In this document: piece after piece, positions 23,705-37,602 of the stretch
Layout: every line of letters begins with the position of its first letter
Position numbering within the stretch: the stretch's first letter is position 1
Assembly (NCBI RefSeq): GCF_006345805.1
Contig: NC_043010.1
Span: 11,532,001-11,596,000 of the forward strand
Source: Octopus sinensis
Taxonomy: Eukaryota
Direction: 5' to 3'
DNA length: 64,000 nt
Position numbers and translations under genes: made by a program
The notes under the pieces: model-generated
Database searches by the model: none
The model's input: the letters and a program-made list of their open reading frames with translations, nothing else
Told to the model about the DNA's origin: nothing

Positions 23705-24874
23705 TATGATAATAATAAATAGAAGTGAAATAGAACTAGTGTATGTGTTTCTATCTGCATAATGTTTCAAAACGAAGTTCATTTCAAGAATCTTGTAGAC
23801 TAAACACAAAAAAAACAAAATAAGACAAAACTTTGAGTAATATAAAAATATACACCCCCATTAGCTAAATATTTAATTCTGGTTAAGAGAGGTAAGGGGA
23901 ACAACTCCAACTTTAAATTGAAGAAAATGGCAATTCAAATCATTCTAATCATATTTTTTGTCCATCTTGCTTTTATATATCTTCTTTTCAAAAGATGCTT
24001 CAATCAGGTGATGTTGAGCTTTTCTTTATTTTTTATGCTTTTCCCTTCTTGTTTTCCAATATTAAGGGCTGAGCATAATCTTAAAGCCTCTATATTATCA
24101 TAAGATTTAACTGGCATATATAAATAACTTCTATTAAGAAGTACGTAGAATTTTTCTCTAGGTATGCCCTTCCTATATTGAGATCCATACTGTGTCTTCC
24201 AATTTGCGGTTGAGTATTATGTGATAATCTAGATGTCTTGTAGTCCTTTCACACTCTAATATATCTCAGTACAATTGGTATTGAATTAGTAGATTTTAAT
24301 TATTAAGAATCCCAAGGTGGCAAGCTGGCAGAGTTGTTAGTGCACCGGAAAAACTGCTTGGCAGCATTTTTGTCTGGTTCCACAGTCTGAGTTCAAATGC
24401 TGACAAAGTCAGCTTTACCTTTCATTCTTTCTAGATTGATAAAAAGAAGTACCAGTTAAGCAATGGGGCCAATGTATTCAGTTAACCACCTCCTTCTAGA
24501 AAATTGCTGGCCTTGTGCCAAAATCTGAAATAACTATTAGGGACCCCAAATGTACTTTGGTCACCATAATCTATGAACAAAAGCATTCTAACTGTGACCA
24601 CTCCATTCTTTTGAGGGTATGTCAGGACTAAATTATCCAGCATGGCCTTTCCAATTTAAGACTGTAATGTGTACTTTGACAGAGATTTAGCTACTGTTTC
24701 TAGAGGGTCCCTTATTAGTGAAATGGAAACTGAAAGATGCCCATCGTATGTATACATGCATCCATACATCCATCCATACATACACACACACACACACACA
24801 CATACATAGATACGTCCATACATACATACATGCATGCATACATACATACATACATACATACATACATACATACA

Positions 24875-24910
<36 letters not shown>

Positions 24911-24961
24911 TATTATATATATATATATATACATACATACATACATATATATACGCATATA

Positions 24962-25240
24962 TACAACAATGCACTATAATGGGTTACATACCGGTTGTAA
25001 TTTAGTCATCCACAGTCTGATGATATTTCAGAATAAAATTCTTTCCTCAGATATTCTTAGATGGAGACGATGCTATAATCAGTTTTCCAATGGCTTTTCT
25101 TTTTGGAAAACCAATAATAGCAGTGATTCCATCTAAGAATATCTGAAGAAGGAATTTTATTCCAAAATATCATCGGACTATGGATGACTCAATTACAACA
25201 GGTATATAGCCCATTGTTTGTATTATAGTGTATTTTTGTA
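24962..25240. mobile_element. Foldback MITE with ~100-bp imperfect inverted arms
   Basis: CACTATAAT...AGTCATCCACAGTCTGATGATATTT...GATATTCTTAGATGGA mirrored by TCCATCTAAGAATATC...AAATATCATCGGACTATGGATGACT...ATTATAGTG. Confidence 0.75.
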
Positions 25241-25387
25241 CCATTCTAAACTTTTTAGTCTTTACAAACAAGACACAATGCTTCAAGTAAACTACAATAC
25301 TCTCATATATATATATGTGTGTGTGTGTGTGTATATATATGCATGTATATATATATATAATATATATGTATATATATATATATATAT

Positions 25388-25593
25388 CCATAATAAATTA
25401 ATCAAACAAAAACACAAAAAAACACAACAACGCGAGGACGTGGAACAAATATAGTATTATTGGACGCTCAGGAAAGAAGGAAAGAAGGAGAGTTTAACGG
25501 TTCGAGCGGAGCTCTTCGTTGGAACATAGGAGAAGGAAAGATCCAGAGATGGGAAGACAGAGGAAAAAAAATCTCCAGCGGTACACACGAGGT

Positions 25594-25596
<3 letters not shown>
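25388..25596 (-). mobile_element. Short (TA)n-embedded Penelope-like element with degenerate hammerhead-like motif
   Basis: Minus strand TGTT-CCAACGA-A-GAGC(TCC)GCTC-GAAC-CG-TT-AAAC; second copy at 61620-61823; shares TTCCTGAGCGT..TAATAC with 18968. Confidence 0.6.
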
Positions 25597-25637
<41 letters not shown>

Positions 25638-26204
25638 CATGGTGACTCCCCCAAAAAATGAAGCCATAAAAATTTGATTGATTGAATCCTACAAAGGTTC
25701 AGCAAATTTCCTGAAATTTGCTGGACTTAAACTTCAGTCTGTGTACAATCATTCCCTTTGCATAAAAGTCATGTTTTTTTCAAAATATGCTCCAAATGGC
25801 ATATGTCATGCAAACACAAGCATACATCACACAAAATTGTCAACTACTCAAACACGTTTCTCTTTGAGGATTTCTCTGATTTCTCATGCGATTGCTGCCT
25901 TCAGTTCACCAATCGTTTGAGGGTTGTTCTGGTAAACATTATCCTTGAGATACCCCAACAGATAAAAATCTGGTGGTGGGGTTCAAGTCTGATGAATGTG
26001 GTACCCATTGAATGTCACTTCTTGCGGAACAATCTCTCCTGAAATCGCTCTATCAGCCAGGCTAGGGAGTCATTTGATGTATTGGGGGGGGGGGGTGATC
26101 CTGTCTTGTTGGAACCACGGTTCATCGTGATCTATCCCTCTGTGTCATTTTATTCAAACAATTTTATTCAAAGATTTGTGGGTTCTGTGTTTTTGGTCAC
26201 CCTG
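25638..26204 (-). mobile_element. Deleted Tc1/mariner-superfamily transposon with transposase remnant
   Basis: Minus strand pieces WFQQD, WVPHSSDLNP, DFYLLGYLKDNVYQNNPQTIGELKAAI with frameshifts; ends CATGGTGAC / GTCACCCTG. Confidence 0.75.
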
Positions 26205-26221
26205 TGTGTATATATATACAT

Positions 26222-26436
26222 AAGGCGGCGAGATGGCAGAAACATTAACCGAATGCGTAGCTGTATTTCGTCTGCCGTTATGTTCTGAGTTCAAATTCCG
26301 CCGAGGTCGACTTTGCCTTTCATCCTTTCGTGGTCGATAAATTAAGTACTAGGTACGCACTGGGGTCGACGTAATCTGTTTGTCTGTCCTTGTTTGTCCC
26401 CTCTGTGTGTAGCCCCTTGTGGGTAGTAAAGAAATA
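26222..26436 (+). mobile_element. SINE family C
   Basis: AAGGCGGCGAG.TGGCAGAAAC head to TGGGTAGTAAAGAAAT tail; older copies at ~24315-24530 and ~26935-27145. Confidence 0.85.
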
Positions 26437-28147
26437 TATATATATATATACACACACACATACACATGTATATATATATACACACATACACATATATATA
26501 TGTGAGTGTTGTATGTATGTATGTATGTGTTTGTTTTTATCTTGTTCATGTGTGTGTGTGTTGTGTTGTGTTTCCGTATGTGAAAAATATTTGATTAATA
26601 AAACAACTAACTGATAGAAATGAGCCCCAAGGTGACCCTTTGTTCAACTAAAAATCTTCTAAGGCAGTACTCCTAGCCAGGCCACAGTCCAAAGACTGAA
26701 ATCAGTGAATGTTAAAGGAAAGAATGCCTTGCAGTATTTGTTCCACATCTCTGTATTCTGAGTTCAAACCTCACCAAGGTGGATAAAAAAATATGCTGTG
26801 TGATGTTTGTTTTGGCTGTTTGCATTCTGAGTTCAAATACCACCATGGCCTACCATGGCAAAAAACAATTACTTCAATCTCATATTTTTGATTTCGTTTC
26901 CAGTTCTTATATTAATATCATAAGCATCTTAACAGTGGTAAGTTGGCAGAATGGTTAGCACACTAGGCAAAATGCTCATTGGCATTTTGTCTGTCTATAT
27001 GCTCTGAGTTCAAATTCCACCAAGATCAACTTTGCCTTTCATCCTTTTGGTGTCAATAAAATAAATACCAGTTGAGCACTGGGGTCAAAGGAATTGATTT
27101 ACTCCTTCGTCAAACTTGCTGGCCTTATGCCAAAATTTTGAATCAATATTATAAACTTCTTAAACTCCATAAAAATCAGGTCACACTAATCATTTTACTT
27201 ATGAAATTATGTTGTTGTTTAAGTAAAGTTTTTCAGTAATACTTTTAAGTAAAACTGTTCATTAAGCTTTAGAAATATTTTTATAAGTGCATTTAGTCCT
27301 GCATATATGTATATATACACGCATAAGCACACTCATACACACATATATGGGCAAATATATATATATGTATGCATATACACATATACATATACATGCCTAT
27401 GTGCCCTCGGACAAACATCCGCACATATATTAATAAACTATATGTTAATTATACCAATGGTTTTTCTAAAACCAGAATGAAGTTCAAAGAGTTTGTTATT
27501 TACATAAAAGATACTTAGTCACATGCATACAGTGCACAAACATTTCAGTTCTTTTGTTGAAACTGTTACTGCCTTGAGTCAAAATTCTTAATTTTTTTTG
27601 TTCCAACAAAGATCACGGCACATCCTTGATTTGAAGCTACCATTCCTGTACAACTGCATTCTATCTACAATCAACCAGGTAAGTTTGAATTTGTGGGTGC
27701 TTGCCTCATACAAAAATCATAAACTGGAATACATTCCAGCCATGGCCATTCATACTTTTCTCTGTTTTAGAAAGTGTATTTAGGATCATAATTTCAATAT
27801 GCTTGTTTTGTCTTTTTTTTTTTTAAGACAGTGAGATACTCAGGACTACATGGTTGGGAAATATAAGTAAAATGAGGAATATTATAAAGTAAGGAGTGAA
27901 ACAAATGAACAATACATGAAGACACGACAGAAGGAGGGTAGAAAAGTAAACAAGACAATATCAATGAAAGAGTGTGAACAATGAAAAACAGAAAGAAAAA
28001 GAAAGAAAATGGAAATAAATAAAAGAGGTTTTCATGTTTTGGGTTATATCCTTCATCAAAGAAAAGTAAGGAAAATGAGAGAATGAGGAAGGAAAATTGG
28101 GAAAGATACCAAATTTATGTTTGCTCGTATTGCAGTTTGGTGTGTGT

Positions 28148-28180
<33 letters not shown>

Positions 28181-28739
28181 AGTGTGTGTGTGTGTGTGCA
28201 TGCAAGTGTGTGTGTGTGTGTGCGTGCACGTGTGTGTGTGTGTGTGTGTGTACAGGGATGCTTATTACTATGACTACAGGATCAAGATCAGATTTACTAA
28301 TCAATGTGTGTATGTGTGTTTATGTGTGTGTGTGCACGTGTGTGTGAGAGAGAGTGTATGTTTGTGTTTGCATGTGTATGTCTGTTTGTGTGTATGTATG
28401 TTTGTGTGCATGTCTGTGTGTGTGTGTTTGTATCTCCTTGTCTTGATATCACTGGATATATATATATATATATACATGACTGTCACCATCACAGAGCATT
28501 GTCCCTCGTTACAAGTTCTCAGCGAAATCATGTCTGACAATTAGGGGGAAATATATCTTTGCTGGGAAACAACAGATGCTTTGAGAGACAAAATAGGGAG
28601 TCCAGTCATAAAAAAATTGCCTCAGAGAATTCGAATTGACCCATACAAGCATGGAAAAATGGAACATTAAAATGATGATGATATTGAAAATGATGAGAAT
28701 GGTGATACACACACACACACATATAAGTAAATAGATAGA

Positions 28740-28771
<32 letters not shown>

Positions 28772-28884
28772 AAGACAGGCAGGCAGAAAGACAGACAGAC
28801 AGATAGAAAGATAGCTAGTTATACAAAAATACATACAGTCCCACCTATACCAGCATGGAAGGCAGACATTAAACTGTGATGATG

Positions 28885-29312
28885 ATACATACATACATAC
28901 ATAAATGCATGCATGCATACATACATACATGCATGTATGCATGCATACATACATACATGCATACATACATATATACATACATACATACATATATACATCC
29001 ATACATACATACATGCATACATACATACATACATACATACATACATACATGCATGTATGCATGCATACATACATACATGCATACATACATACATACATAC
29101 ATGCATGCATGCATACATACATACATACATACATACATACATACATGCATGCATACATACATACATACATACATACATCCATACATACATACATACATGC
29201 ATACATACATACATACATACATACATACATGCATGTATGCATGCATACATACATACATACATCCATACATACATACATGCATACATACATACATACATAC
29301 ATACATACATCA
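28885..29312. repeat. (CATA)n/(CATG) patterned tetranucleotide array
   Basis: Directly visible; source of the MYVC/HTYI ORFs. Confidence 0.92.
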
Positions 29313-29884
29313 TAGAGCTCTTCTACAGCAAAACATCTATATATACACACATATAGATGTGTGTGTGTGCGTATACATACATGTATGTATATGTATATAA
29401 TAATAGATTCTCCCATCGTAAGACGATGTATGAGGGTTCAATAATTTCTAACTGAACAACCACACAGATGATTTGTTTATATAATGATCAAATGTTTGTG
29501 TAGACATAAGCTCACTCTCTCAATCAGATCGACAATACCTGTACAGGTGCAACTGGGTCCCACATGTCAGATGTCGAAATGATCGCAGAGCAACAAGGTG
29601 AAATGAAGTGCTTTGCTCAAGAACACAATGTAACGCCCGATCTGGGAATCGAACCCACAATCTCGCAATCGTGAGTGCAACACCTTAACCACTAAGCCAT
29701 GTACCTTCACACAAACCCACACACACACACACTGTTATAAGTACATATTTATATAGGATTTCAGATCATGGCTTTAAAATGCAAACATGAAAATAATTTC
29801 TCCTCTTAAATCATAGTTCGTAATATAAAGTGGTGATCCTGTCTCAACATGGATCAAAATATCTACAATGATGCATTAAGTTAT

Positions 29885-30302
29885 CTCTTTCTCTCTCACT
29901 TTTCTCTTTTACTTGTTTCAGTCATTTGACTGCGGCCATGCTGGAGCACTGCCTTTAGTCGAGCAAATCGACCCCGGGACTTAATCTTTGTAAGTCCAGT
30001 ACTTATTCTATCGGTCTCTTTTGCCGAACCGCTAAGTGACGGGTACGTAAACACACCAGCATCAGTTGTCAAGCAATGCTTGAGGGACAAACACAGACAC
30101 ACAAACATATACACACACATACATATATACATATACATATATACGACGGGCTTCTTTCATGTCCGTCTACCAAATCCACTCACAAGGCATTGGTCAGCCC
30201 GGGGCTATAGCAGAAGACACTTGCCCAAGATGCCATGGAGTGGGACTGAACCCGGAACCATGTGGTTGGTTAGCAAGCTACTTACCACACAGCCACTCCT
30301 GC
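29885..30302 (-). mobile_element. SINE family A
   Basis: Full-length reverse-complement copy. Confidence 0.9.
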
Positions 30303-30689
30303 TAACATTTCTCCTAGATTTCAACAACACTTATTTCCACTTGAAAACTATTCAAATGCTGAACTTTTGAGGTGGATTTTATTCAATATATGATTTCAAA
30401 TTTAAATTGTGTCTTGAAACAGATGCACACACTCTCTCTCTCTTTCTGTCTCTCTTTCTCTCTCTCTCACACACACACAAACACACATACTTACACATGC
30501 ACACACAAATATATATTTACAAAGGAAAGTATGACTATCAGCTTGATTTCAATGAAAATAAATTATATACATGTATATGTATAAAGCATGTATGTATAAT
30601 ATATATACTGCATGTATATAAAGCATGTATGTATAATATATATTACATGTATGTATAATATATAAAGCATGTATGTATAATATATATTA

Positions 30690-30880
30690 CAGTGCTGGAT
30701 TTAAGACAAATAAGGCCCTGCACTAGTTAGGACATGAGACCCCTCCTACTTGGACAGTCAGATGTACATGCTTAGGAAATTTAGGAGTAGTTAAAATTTG
30801 GTGGGGCTGGAAGATGGGACCCTTGGTCAACAGAGCCCTGTGCGTAAGAATACCTAAGCACAATGGTAAATCCAGCACTG
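30690..30880. mobile_element. MITE with 14-bp perfect TIRs (hAT-like CAG ends)
   Basis: CAGTGCTGGATTTA / TAAATCCAGCACTG; no clear TSD. Confidence 0.65.
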
Positions 30881-30954
30881 CATACACACATATATGTTTG
30901 TGTCTGTGTGTGCATGTGTGTGTCGGTAAAAGTATTCTCAAGCAAAGCTTATAG

Positions 30955-31372
30955 ACACAGGCATGGCTGCACGGTTAAGAAGCTTGCTTCATAACCACAT
31001 GGTTCCAGGTTCAGTCCCACTGTATGACACCTTGGGCAAGAGTCTCTTACTATAACCATGAGCTGATCAAAGCCTTGTAAATGGATTTGATAGATGGAAA
31101 CTGAAAGAAGCTTGTCATATATATATATGGCTACATGCCTGTGAGTGTGTGTGTGTGTGTCTTTGTGTATGTGTTTGTTCCACCAACACCACCACCACCA
31201 CTTGGCAACTGGTGTTGCTATGTTTGTGTCCTCATAACTTAACAGTTTGGCAAAACAAACCAATGGAATAAGTACTAAGCTTAAAAATTAAGAACTGGGA
31301 TTCATTCATTCAGCTAAAACTGCTTTAAGGTGGTGCCCCAGCATGGCCACAGTCTAAGTAAAAGATAAGAAA
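30955..31372 (+). mobile_element. SINE family A, older subfamily
   Basis: Diverged head, body and tail. Confidence 0.75.
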
Positions 31373-31382
31373 GATATATGTT

Positions 31383-31436
<54 letters not shown>

Positions 31437-31826
31437 TAAATACATATATATATATATAAACATATATATGTAAATACATACATACATATAACTATATATG
31501 TATATGTATATCTGGAGACTTATTTTTTCTAGTAGTAGTAATGGTGACCTATTTGGCTGCTATTTCAAATATTTTTGGTATGTGGTTTTGAGCAACTTGT
31601 GGCAATTAACCCTTTATTATAATTAATATAATCCTTACCGAATATGGTCATTTCCATACTGAAAAAACTACTAGGTGAAATTTATTAATTTTATTAAATT
31701 AATTATATTTCACCCTTTATGTTTATATATATATATATTATATATATATTATTATATATATATATATACATATATACATACATATATACATATATAAATG
31801 CATATATACATATAAATATATGTATG

Positions 31827-31873
<47 letters not shown>

Positions 31874-31882
31874 TATATAATA

Positions 31883-31916
<34 letters not shown>

Positions 31917-31968
31917 GGTAGATAGATAGATAGATAAATAGATAGATACATACATACATACATACATA

Positions 31969-32018
<50 letters not shown>

Positions 32019-32211
32019 GATAGCTATTTGTGTATGCATTCATATATATATATATGTATATGTATTTATATTTGTTCAATTCATTGAAGTATAGCAAATA
32101 AAAGATTGTAAAATACTAATGCTAATGAGCATGATGATGATGATGATGATGATAAGGATGATGCATGTATGTGTGTGCATTTATGCATTGTATGTGTCTA
32201 TTTATCTCATT

Positions 32212-32460
32212 TGTGTGTGTGCATGTGTGTGTGTGTGTGTGTGTGTGTGCACATGGTATGTGTGTGTGTGTGTGTGTGCACATGGTGTGTGTGTGTGTGT
32301 GTGCACATGGTATGTGTGTGTGTGTGTGTGTGTGCACATGGTATGTGTGTGTGTGTGTGTGTGCACATGGTATGTGTGTGTGTGTGTGTGTGCACATGGT
32401 ATGTGTGTGTGTGTGTGTGTGTGTGCACATGGTGTGTGTGTGTGTGTGTGTGTTACATGA
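32212..32460. repeat. Minisatellite (TG)n-CACATGG(TA), ~8 units
   Basis: Directly visible. Confidence 0.9.
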
Positions 32461-33101
32461 CTATTTATAAAGGAAGATGTGGTGCAAGAAGAGAGTGTGA
32501 GGCAGTAAAAAAAAAAAAAAAAAAAGCAGGGAACAAAGCAGAAAAGTATTTGGTCGCAGATTGAGGGGAGGGGCAAATTTTTAGAAAGATTGCTAAACAT
32601 AAGGGAAATTAGATGGAAGAGCTGATGTGTGAGTAAAACAAGTGGGAGGGTCTTAAAGATGGAAGAGTCAAGAAATTGAGTAAAAAGGGTGTAGGGAGAT
32701 TAAGAGAAGTACAGGGCATGAAAGTAGGAGGAGTTGAATACAAAGGAGGAGTGATATAATTAGGAGGAGGAGCTTTGTTATCATCATCATCATGAGGAGT
32801 AGGAGAATTTGTAGAAGAGGGTGCTGTAGGGAGAGGAGGAAATAGGAGGTGTAGGAAGAGTAGTAACCATAAGAGGAGGTATATAAAATGCAGAATTGTT
32901 GTTGTTGTTTTTGTTTAGCAACAGTCCAGGCCTGATCAAACTGACCTATGATCAATGGAATTCCTGCCATGACCATCACATTTTATTTTCGGATATAGCA
33001 TATCTAGGATTACATTATGCAATGTATTCTATTGGTTTTTGAAAGACAGATGTGTGTGGGTGTGTGTTTGTGATTTGAAGGATATTTGACTGCTATTTCT
33101 T

Positions 33102-33335
33102 ATTTCTTTACTGCCCACAAGGGGTTAAACACAGAGGGGACAAACAAGGACAGACAAAGGGATTAAGGCGATTACATCGACCCTAGTGCATAACTGGTAC
33201 TTAATTTATTGACCCTGAAAGGATGAAAGGCAAAGTCGACCTCGGTGGAATTTGAACTGAGAATGTAAAGGCAGACGCAATACCCCTAAGCATTTCACCC
33301 GGCATGCTAACGTTTCTGTCAGCTCGACGCCTTTT
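33102..33335 (-). mobile_element. SINE family C
   Basis: Reverse-complement copy, flanked by TGACTGC.ATTTCT duplication. Confidence 0.85.
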
Positions 33336-33513
33336 TGACTGCAATTTCTAGAAGATCAAGTAAAGAAGTAGAGGTTAACCTCATTGGTTCACCAAAATAA
33401 GAGGAAGATAATTTATGTTGTTTAGCCCCTGGTTAAAAGGTATCATGCTGACATATGACAAAATGACATTTCAACTTCTACCCTCTTATTCAAAGAGTCC
33501 TTTCTTTTAAGAT

Positions 33514-33824
33514 TTTTTGTTTGTTTTTTCCTTCTCAAGCCATGCCTGGCTCATAAGGGCCAGTTTCCCGGTTTCCTTGGCATATAGGTTCCCCACCTGG
33601 ACGGGATGCTGGTCCGTTGCAGGTGAGCTGCTAGATGCAGGGGGAAAGAGTGAGAGAAAGTTGTGGCAAAAGAGTCAGCAGAAGTTCACCATTAACTTCT
33701 GCTGGAGCCACGTGGAGCTTAGGTGTTTCGCTCATAAACACACACATCACCCGGTCTGAGATTCGAACCAGCAATTCCTCGACTGCAAGTCCACTACTCT
33801 AACCACTAGGCCATGTGCCTCCAC
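33514..33824 (-). mobile_element. SINE family D
   Basis: Homologous to 14216; TSD TTCTTTTAAGAT. Confidence 0.88.
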
Positions 33825-34726
33825 TTCTTTTAAGATATTAAGGTTTAATTAGAAGGAGATCTGGCTAATATTTCTGTCAAGTTATGTAACCAAATAGAAA
33901 CAACTTAGCTCACATGAGCTGTTAATGTTGTTATTTACCCCAGCCAAGTCAGTTCTGATTGACCAGACCTCTGGTAAATGGTATTCCAATTATGGCCATC
34001 CGTTTTTTTTTTCTTATGAATAGCAAACCCCAAACTATGTTAATCCAAAGTATCTTCTTTTAAGATGGAAATGAGCAATATGAAGGAGATCTGGCTGCTA
34101 TTTCTGGCAGCATATTGCATGACCACATAGAAGTTCCTTCTTTGAAATATGTAGGATTTGATTTCAGAACATAAGGAGTCAAAAACAAATATCATGAGGT
34201 GTTTAATCTGATACTCTTAAACTCTGTCAAATATCAATAGTGTAGCTGGGGGAGGTGAAAGTGGGCAGTCCACCCCAGGTAATGTTTTTTATGGGGGGAG
34301 AGAGTTTCATTTCTGGGCTGGCTGTGTAAGCACAAAGGGTGTAAAAAATACATAAGGTTTCCTTCTCGAGTCAGGCCAACTTACAAGGGCTGGTTTCCTA
34401 GTTTTCATGGTGCATGTTTTCCCCACCTGGATAGGATGCCAGTCCCTCGCAGCTACTCAATCTTGTCGACTGAGTGGACTGGAGCAACATGGAATGAAAT
34501 GTTTTGTTTAAGAATACAAGGCATCGCCCGGTCCAGGAATTGAAACCACAATCTTATAATCGTGAGTCTGACACCCTAACCACTAAGTCAAATGCCGCAA
34601 CAGTAAAGGGTGGTAGGAAGGGGGAGTTATCAAACTCAAGGACTGCTCTGAATGGTGCACACACTCTAGCGACACTACTACCAAATGTACAAAATCTGAG
34701 GAGGTTTTTTTTTAATTTTTAATTTT

Positions 34727-35130
34727 TTTCTTTTCTTACTTGTTTCAGTCATTTGACTGTGGCCATGCTGGAGCACCGCCTTTAGTCGAGCAAATCGACC
34801 CCGGGACTTATTCTTTGTAAGCCCAGTACTTATTCTATCGGTCTCTTTTTGCCGAGCCGCTAAGTGACGGGGACGTAAACACACCAGCATCGGTTGTCAA
34901 ACAATGCTAGGGGGACAAACACAGACACACAAACACACACACTCATATATATATATACATAGATACGACAGGCTTCTTTCAGTTTCTGTCTACCAAATCC
35001 ACTCACAAGGCATTGGTCGGCCCGGGGCTATAGTAGAAGACACTTGCCCAAGATGCCACGCAGTGGGACTGAACCCGGAACCATGTGGTTGGTTAGCAAG
35101 CTACTTACCACACAGCCACTCCCGCGCCTA
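34727..35130 (-). mobile_element. SINE family A
   Basis: Full-length copy. Confidence 0.9.
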
Positions 35131-35754
35131 TATTTACAAACACTTTGAAATGAAAAATTTGTACATAAATCAAGGGCTCAAGCAGGCCTGTATGAAAGGG
35201 AATCAAACAAGGAAGGACACTCTGAATAATGTATTTGTAAAATTCACCGAAAATGATGGGACGGTCACAACTGGATTGTATTTGATCACTCCTCAGTTCA
35301 ATCAGTATTGACTTAACGATGATTAATGACAGATAGAATGTTGCCTAATCTTTATAATTTGAAATGCGTGGTCCTTATTTAGAATATAATAGCAAACCAA
35401 AGTTCTGTTGCTGCTGGTGTTGGGGATCAAGGGATGTGATTACAGCATTCTGAATCCTGTCTGACTTGGTTGAAGTTCCCTTCAATGGGTTTACATGAGT
35501 TTTCTTTCTAGATTTTAGCTTTAATGGCAAATGACATATCAATCTTGTCTCTTCCAACAGCAATAACACACAAGTGCTGCACACATCAAAGGAACAGTTC
35601 TGTACTTCACCTTCTTGTCATGCATACGACATGCAACTACAAACACGCAACGGTAACAACATGCAGAATGATTTCCTTTCTGTCTTATAATCATTCTGTA
35701 ACAACTATTGAAGGGGAAATGCAATATTAGTGGTATTAGTTACAGTTAGCATCA

Positions 35755-36030
35755 GTGGTGGTGGAGGTGGTGGTGGTGGTGGTGGTAGTGGTGGTGACGG
35801 TAGCGGTAGTGGTAGTGGAAATGGTTGCAGTTGTGGTGGTGGCAGCAGTGGTGGCGGAGAAGGAGGAGGGGGGAGCAGGAGAAGCAGGAAGTGGAGCAGA
35901 AGGTAGAAGGAGAAAGAAGAAGAAGAAGAAGAGAAGAAGAAGAAGAGAAGAAGAAGAAGAAGAAGAAGAGAAGAAGAAGAAGAAGAAGAAGAAGAAGAAG
36001 AAGAAGAAGAAGAAGAAGAAGAAGAAGAGA
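35755..36030. repeat. (GGT)n followed by (GAA)n trinucleotide tract
   Basis: Directly visible. Confidence 0.92.
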
Positions 36031-36309
36031 ATCTTGGAGACTTATGACTTGAAAGTGCTTGATAGTCCAAGAATTCTTTTGATGCAATTTTAGCAATAAC
36101 AAACCTTGTTTTTACCAAGAATCTACTTCTTAAGATTTAGCATTTGAAGTATGTGGTCCCTATTTAAAAGACAACACAGTGTTTGTTGATGCCAGTCTGA
36201 GAGTATTTGATCCCTATATTTAGAACGTTCTGTGACTAGGCTGAAGTTCCTTTCCGTGGATTTACTCGGGTTTCTTTTTAATTTAATGGCATATCAATCT
36301 TTTTTTTTG

Positions 36310-36782
36310 TTTCTTTATTACCCACAAGGGGCTAAACACAGAGGGGACAAACAAGGACAGACAAACGGATTAAGTCAATTAAATCGACCCCAGTGAGTAA
36401 CTGGTACTTAATTTATCTGCGGCAAGCTGGCTGAAACGTTAGCACGCCAGGCGAAATGCGTAGCCGTATTTCGTCTGCATTATGTTGTAAGTTCAAATTC
36501 CGCCGAGGTCGACTTTGCCTTTCATCCTTTTGGGGTCGATAAATTAAGTACCAGTTACGCACTGGAGTCTATGTAATCGACTTAATACCTATGTCTGTCC
36601 TTGTTTGTCCTCTCTGTGTTTAGCCCCTTGTGGGTAATAAAGAAATAGGTACTTAATTTATTGACCCCAAAAGGATGAAAGACAAAGTCGACCTCGGCGG
36701 AATTTGAACTCAGAACGTAGCGACGGGTGAAATACCACGAAGCGCTTTGCCCGGCATGCTAACGTCTCTGCCAGCACGCCGC
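36310..36782 (-). mobile_element. SINE family C containing an inverted family C copy (36417-36647, +)
   Basis: TSD GGTACTTAATTTAT at 36403-36416 and 36648-36661. Confidence 0.88.
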
Positions 36783-37220
36783 TGACATATCAATCTTATC
36801 TCCCCCAACAGCAATAGGAACACATATGCAAACAGTTTTACAGTTCATCTCCAAGTCACATAAAAGTATATAGCCTAGTGGGTAGGGTGTTGCACTCGCA
36901 ATTGCAAGATTATGGTTTCAATTCCCAGACTAGGCAGAGTATTGCATTCTTGAGTAAAAACACTTCATTTCATGTTGCATCAGTTTACTCAGCTGCAAAT
37001 AAGAAACCATGTGATGGACTAGCATCCTGTTGAAGGGGAACGTTGTGATTTTGGTCCCTTACATGCCATGGAAAGTGAGTAACTGGCCCTCTGAATCATA
37101 TGACTAGAGACAGCATGCATATAAAAAACCTCTCTTGATGTTCTTACATTAGCAAGAATCCCGAAGACTTGATTTCCCCTTTGAAACCAACTAACTCTAC
37201 AAAACTCTAGTAGCAATAAG

Positions 37221-37602
37221 ACAGAAACGTTAGCACGCCGGGCGAAATGCCTAGCAGTATTTTGTCTGCTGCTACGTTCTGAGTTCAAATTCCACCGAGG
37301 TCGACTTTGCCTTTCATCCTTTCGGGGTCAATTAAATAGTGCCAGTTATACACTGGGGTCGATATAATCAACTTAATCCATTTGTCTGTCCTTGTTTGTT
37401 CCCTCTGTGTTTAGCCCCTTGTGGGTAGTAAAGAAATAGGTATTTCATCTGTCTTTATGTTCTTAATTCAAATTCTGCTGAGGTTGACTTTGCCTTCCAT
37501 CCTTTCAGAATCGATAAATTAAGTACCAGTTGCATACTGGGGTTGATCTAATGGACTGACCTCCCCCAACCAAATTTCAGTCCTTGTGCCTAGAGTAGAA
37601 AA
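37221..37602 (+). mobile_element. Two family C SINEs, young copy nested in the head of an older copy
   Basis: The first tail AAAGAAATA is followed directly by the resumed head GGTATTTCATCTG. Confidence 0.8.

Noticed and set aside
28667-29416. 249-aa MYVC/HTYI ORFs
   Set aside because: Translation of a (CATA)n microsatellite.
35705-36118. Poly-K/E/R/P ORFs
   Set aside because: Translation of (GGT)n and (GAA)n tracts.
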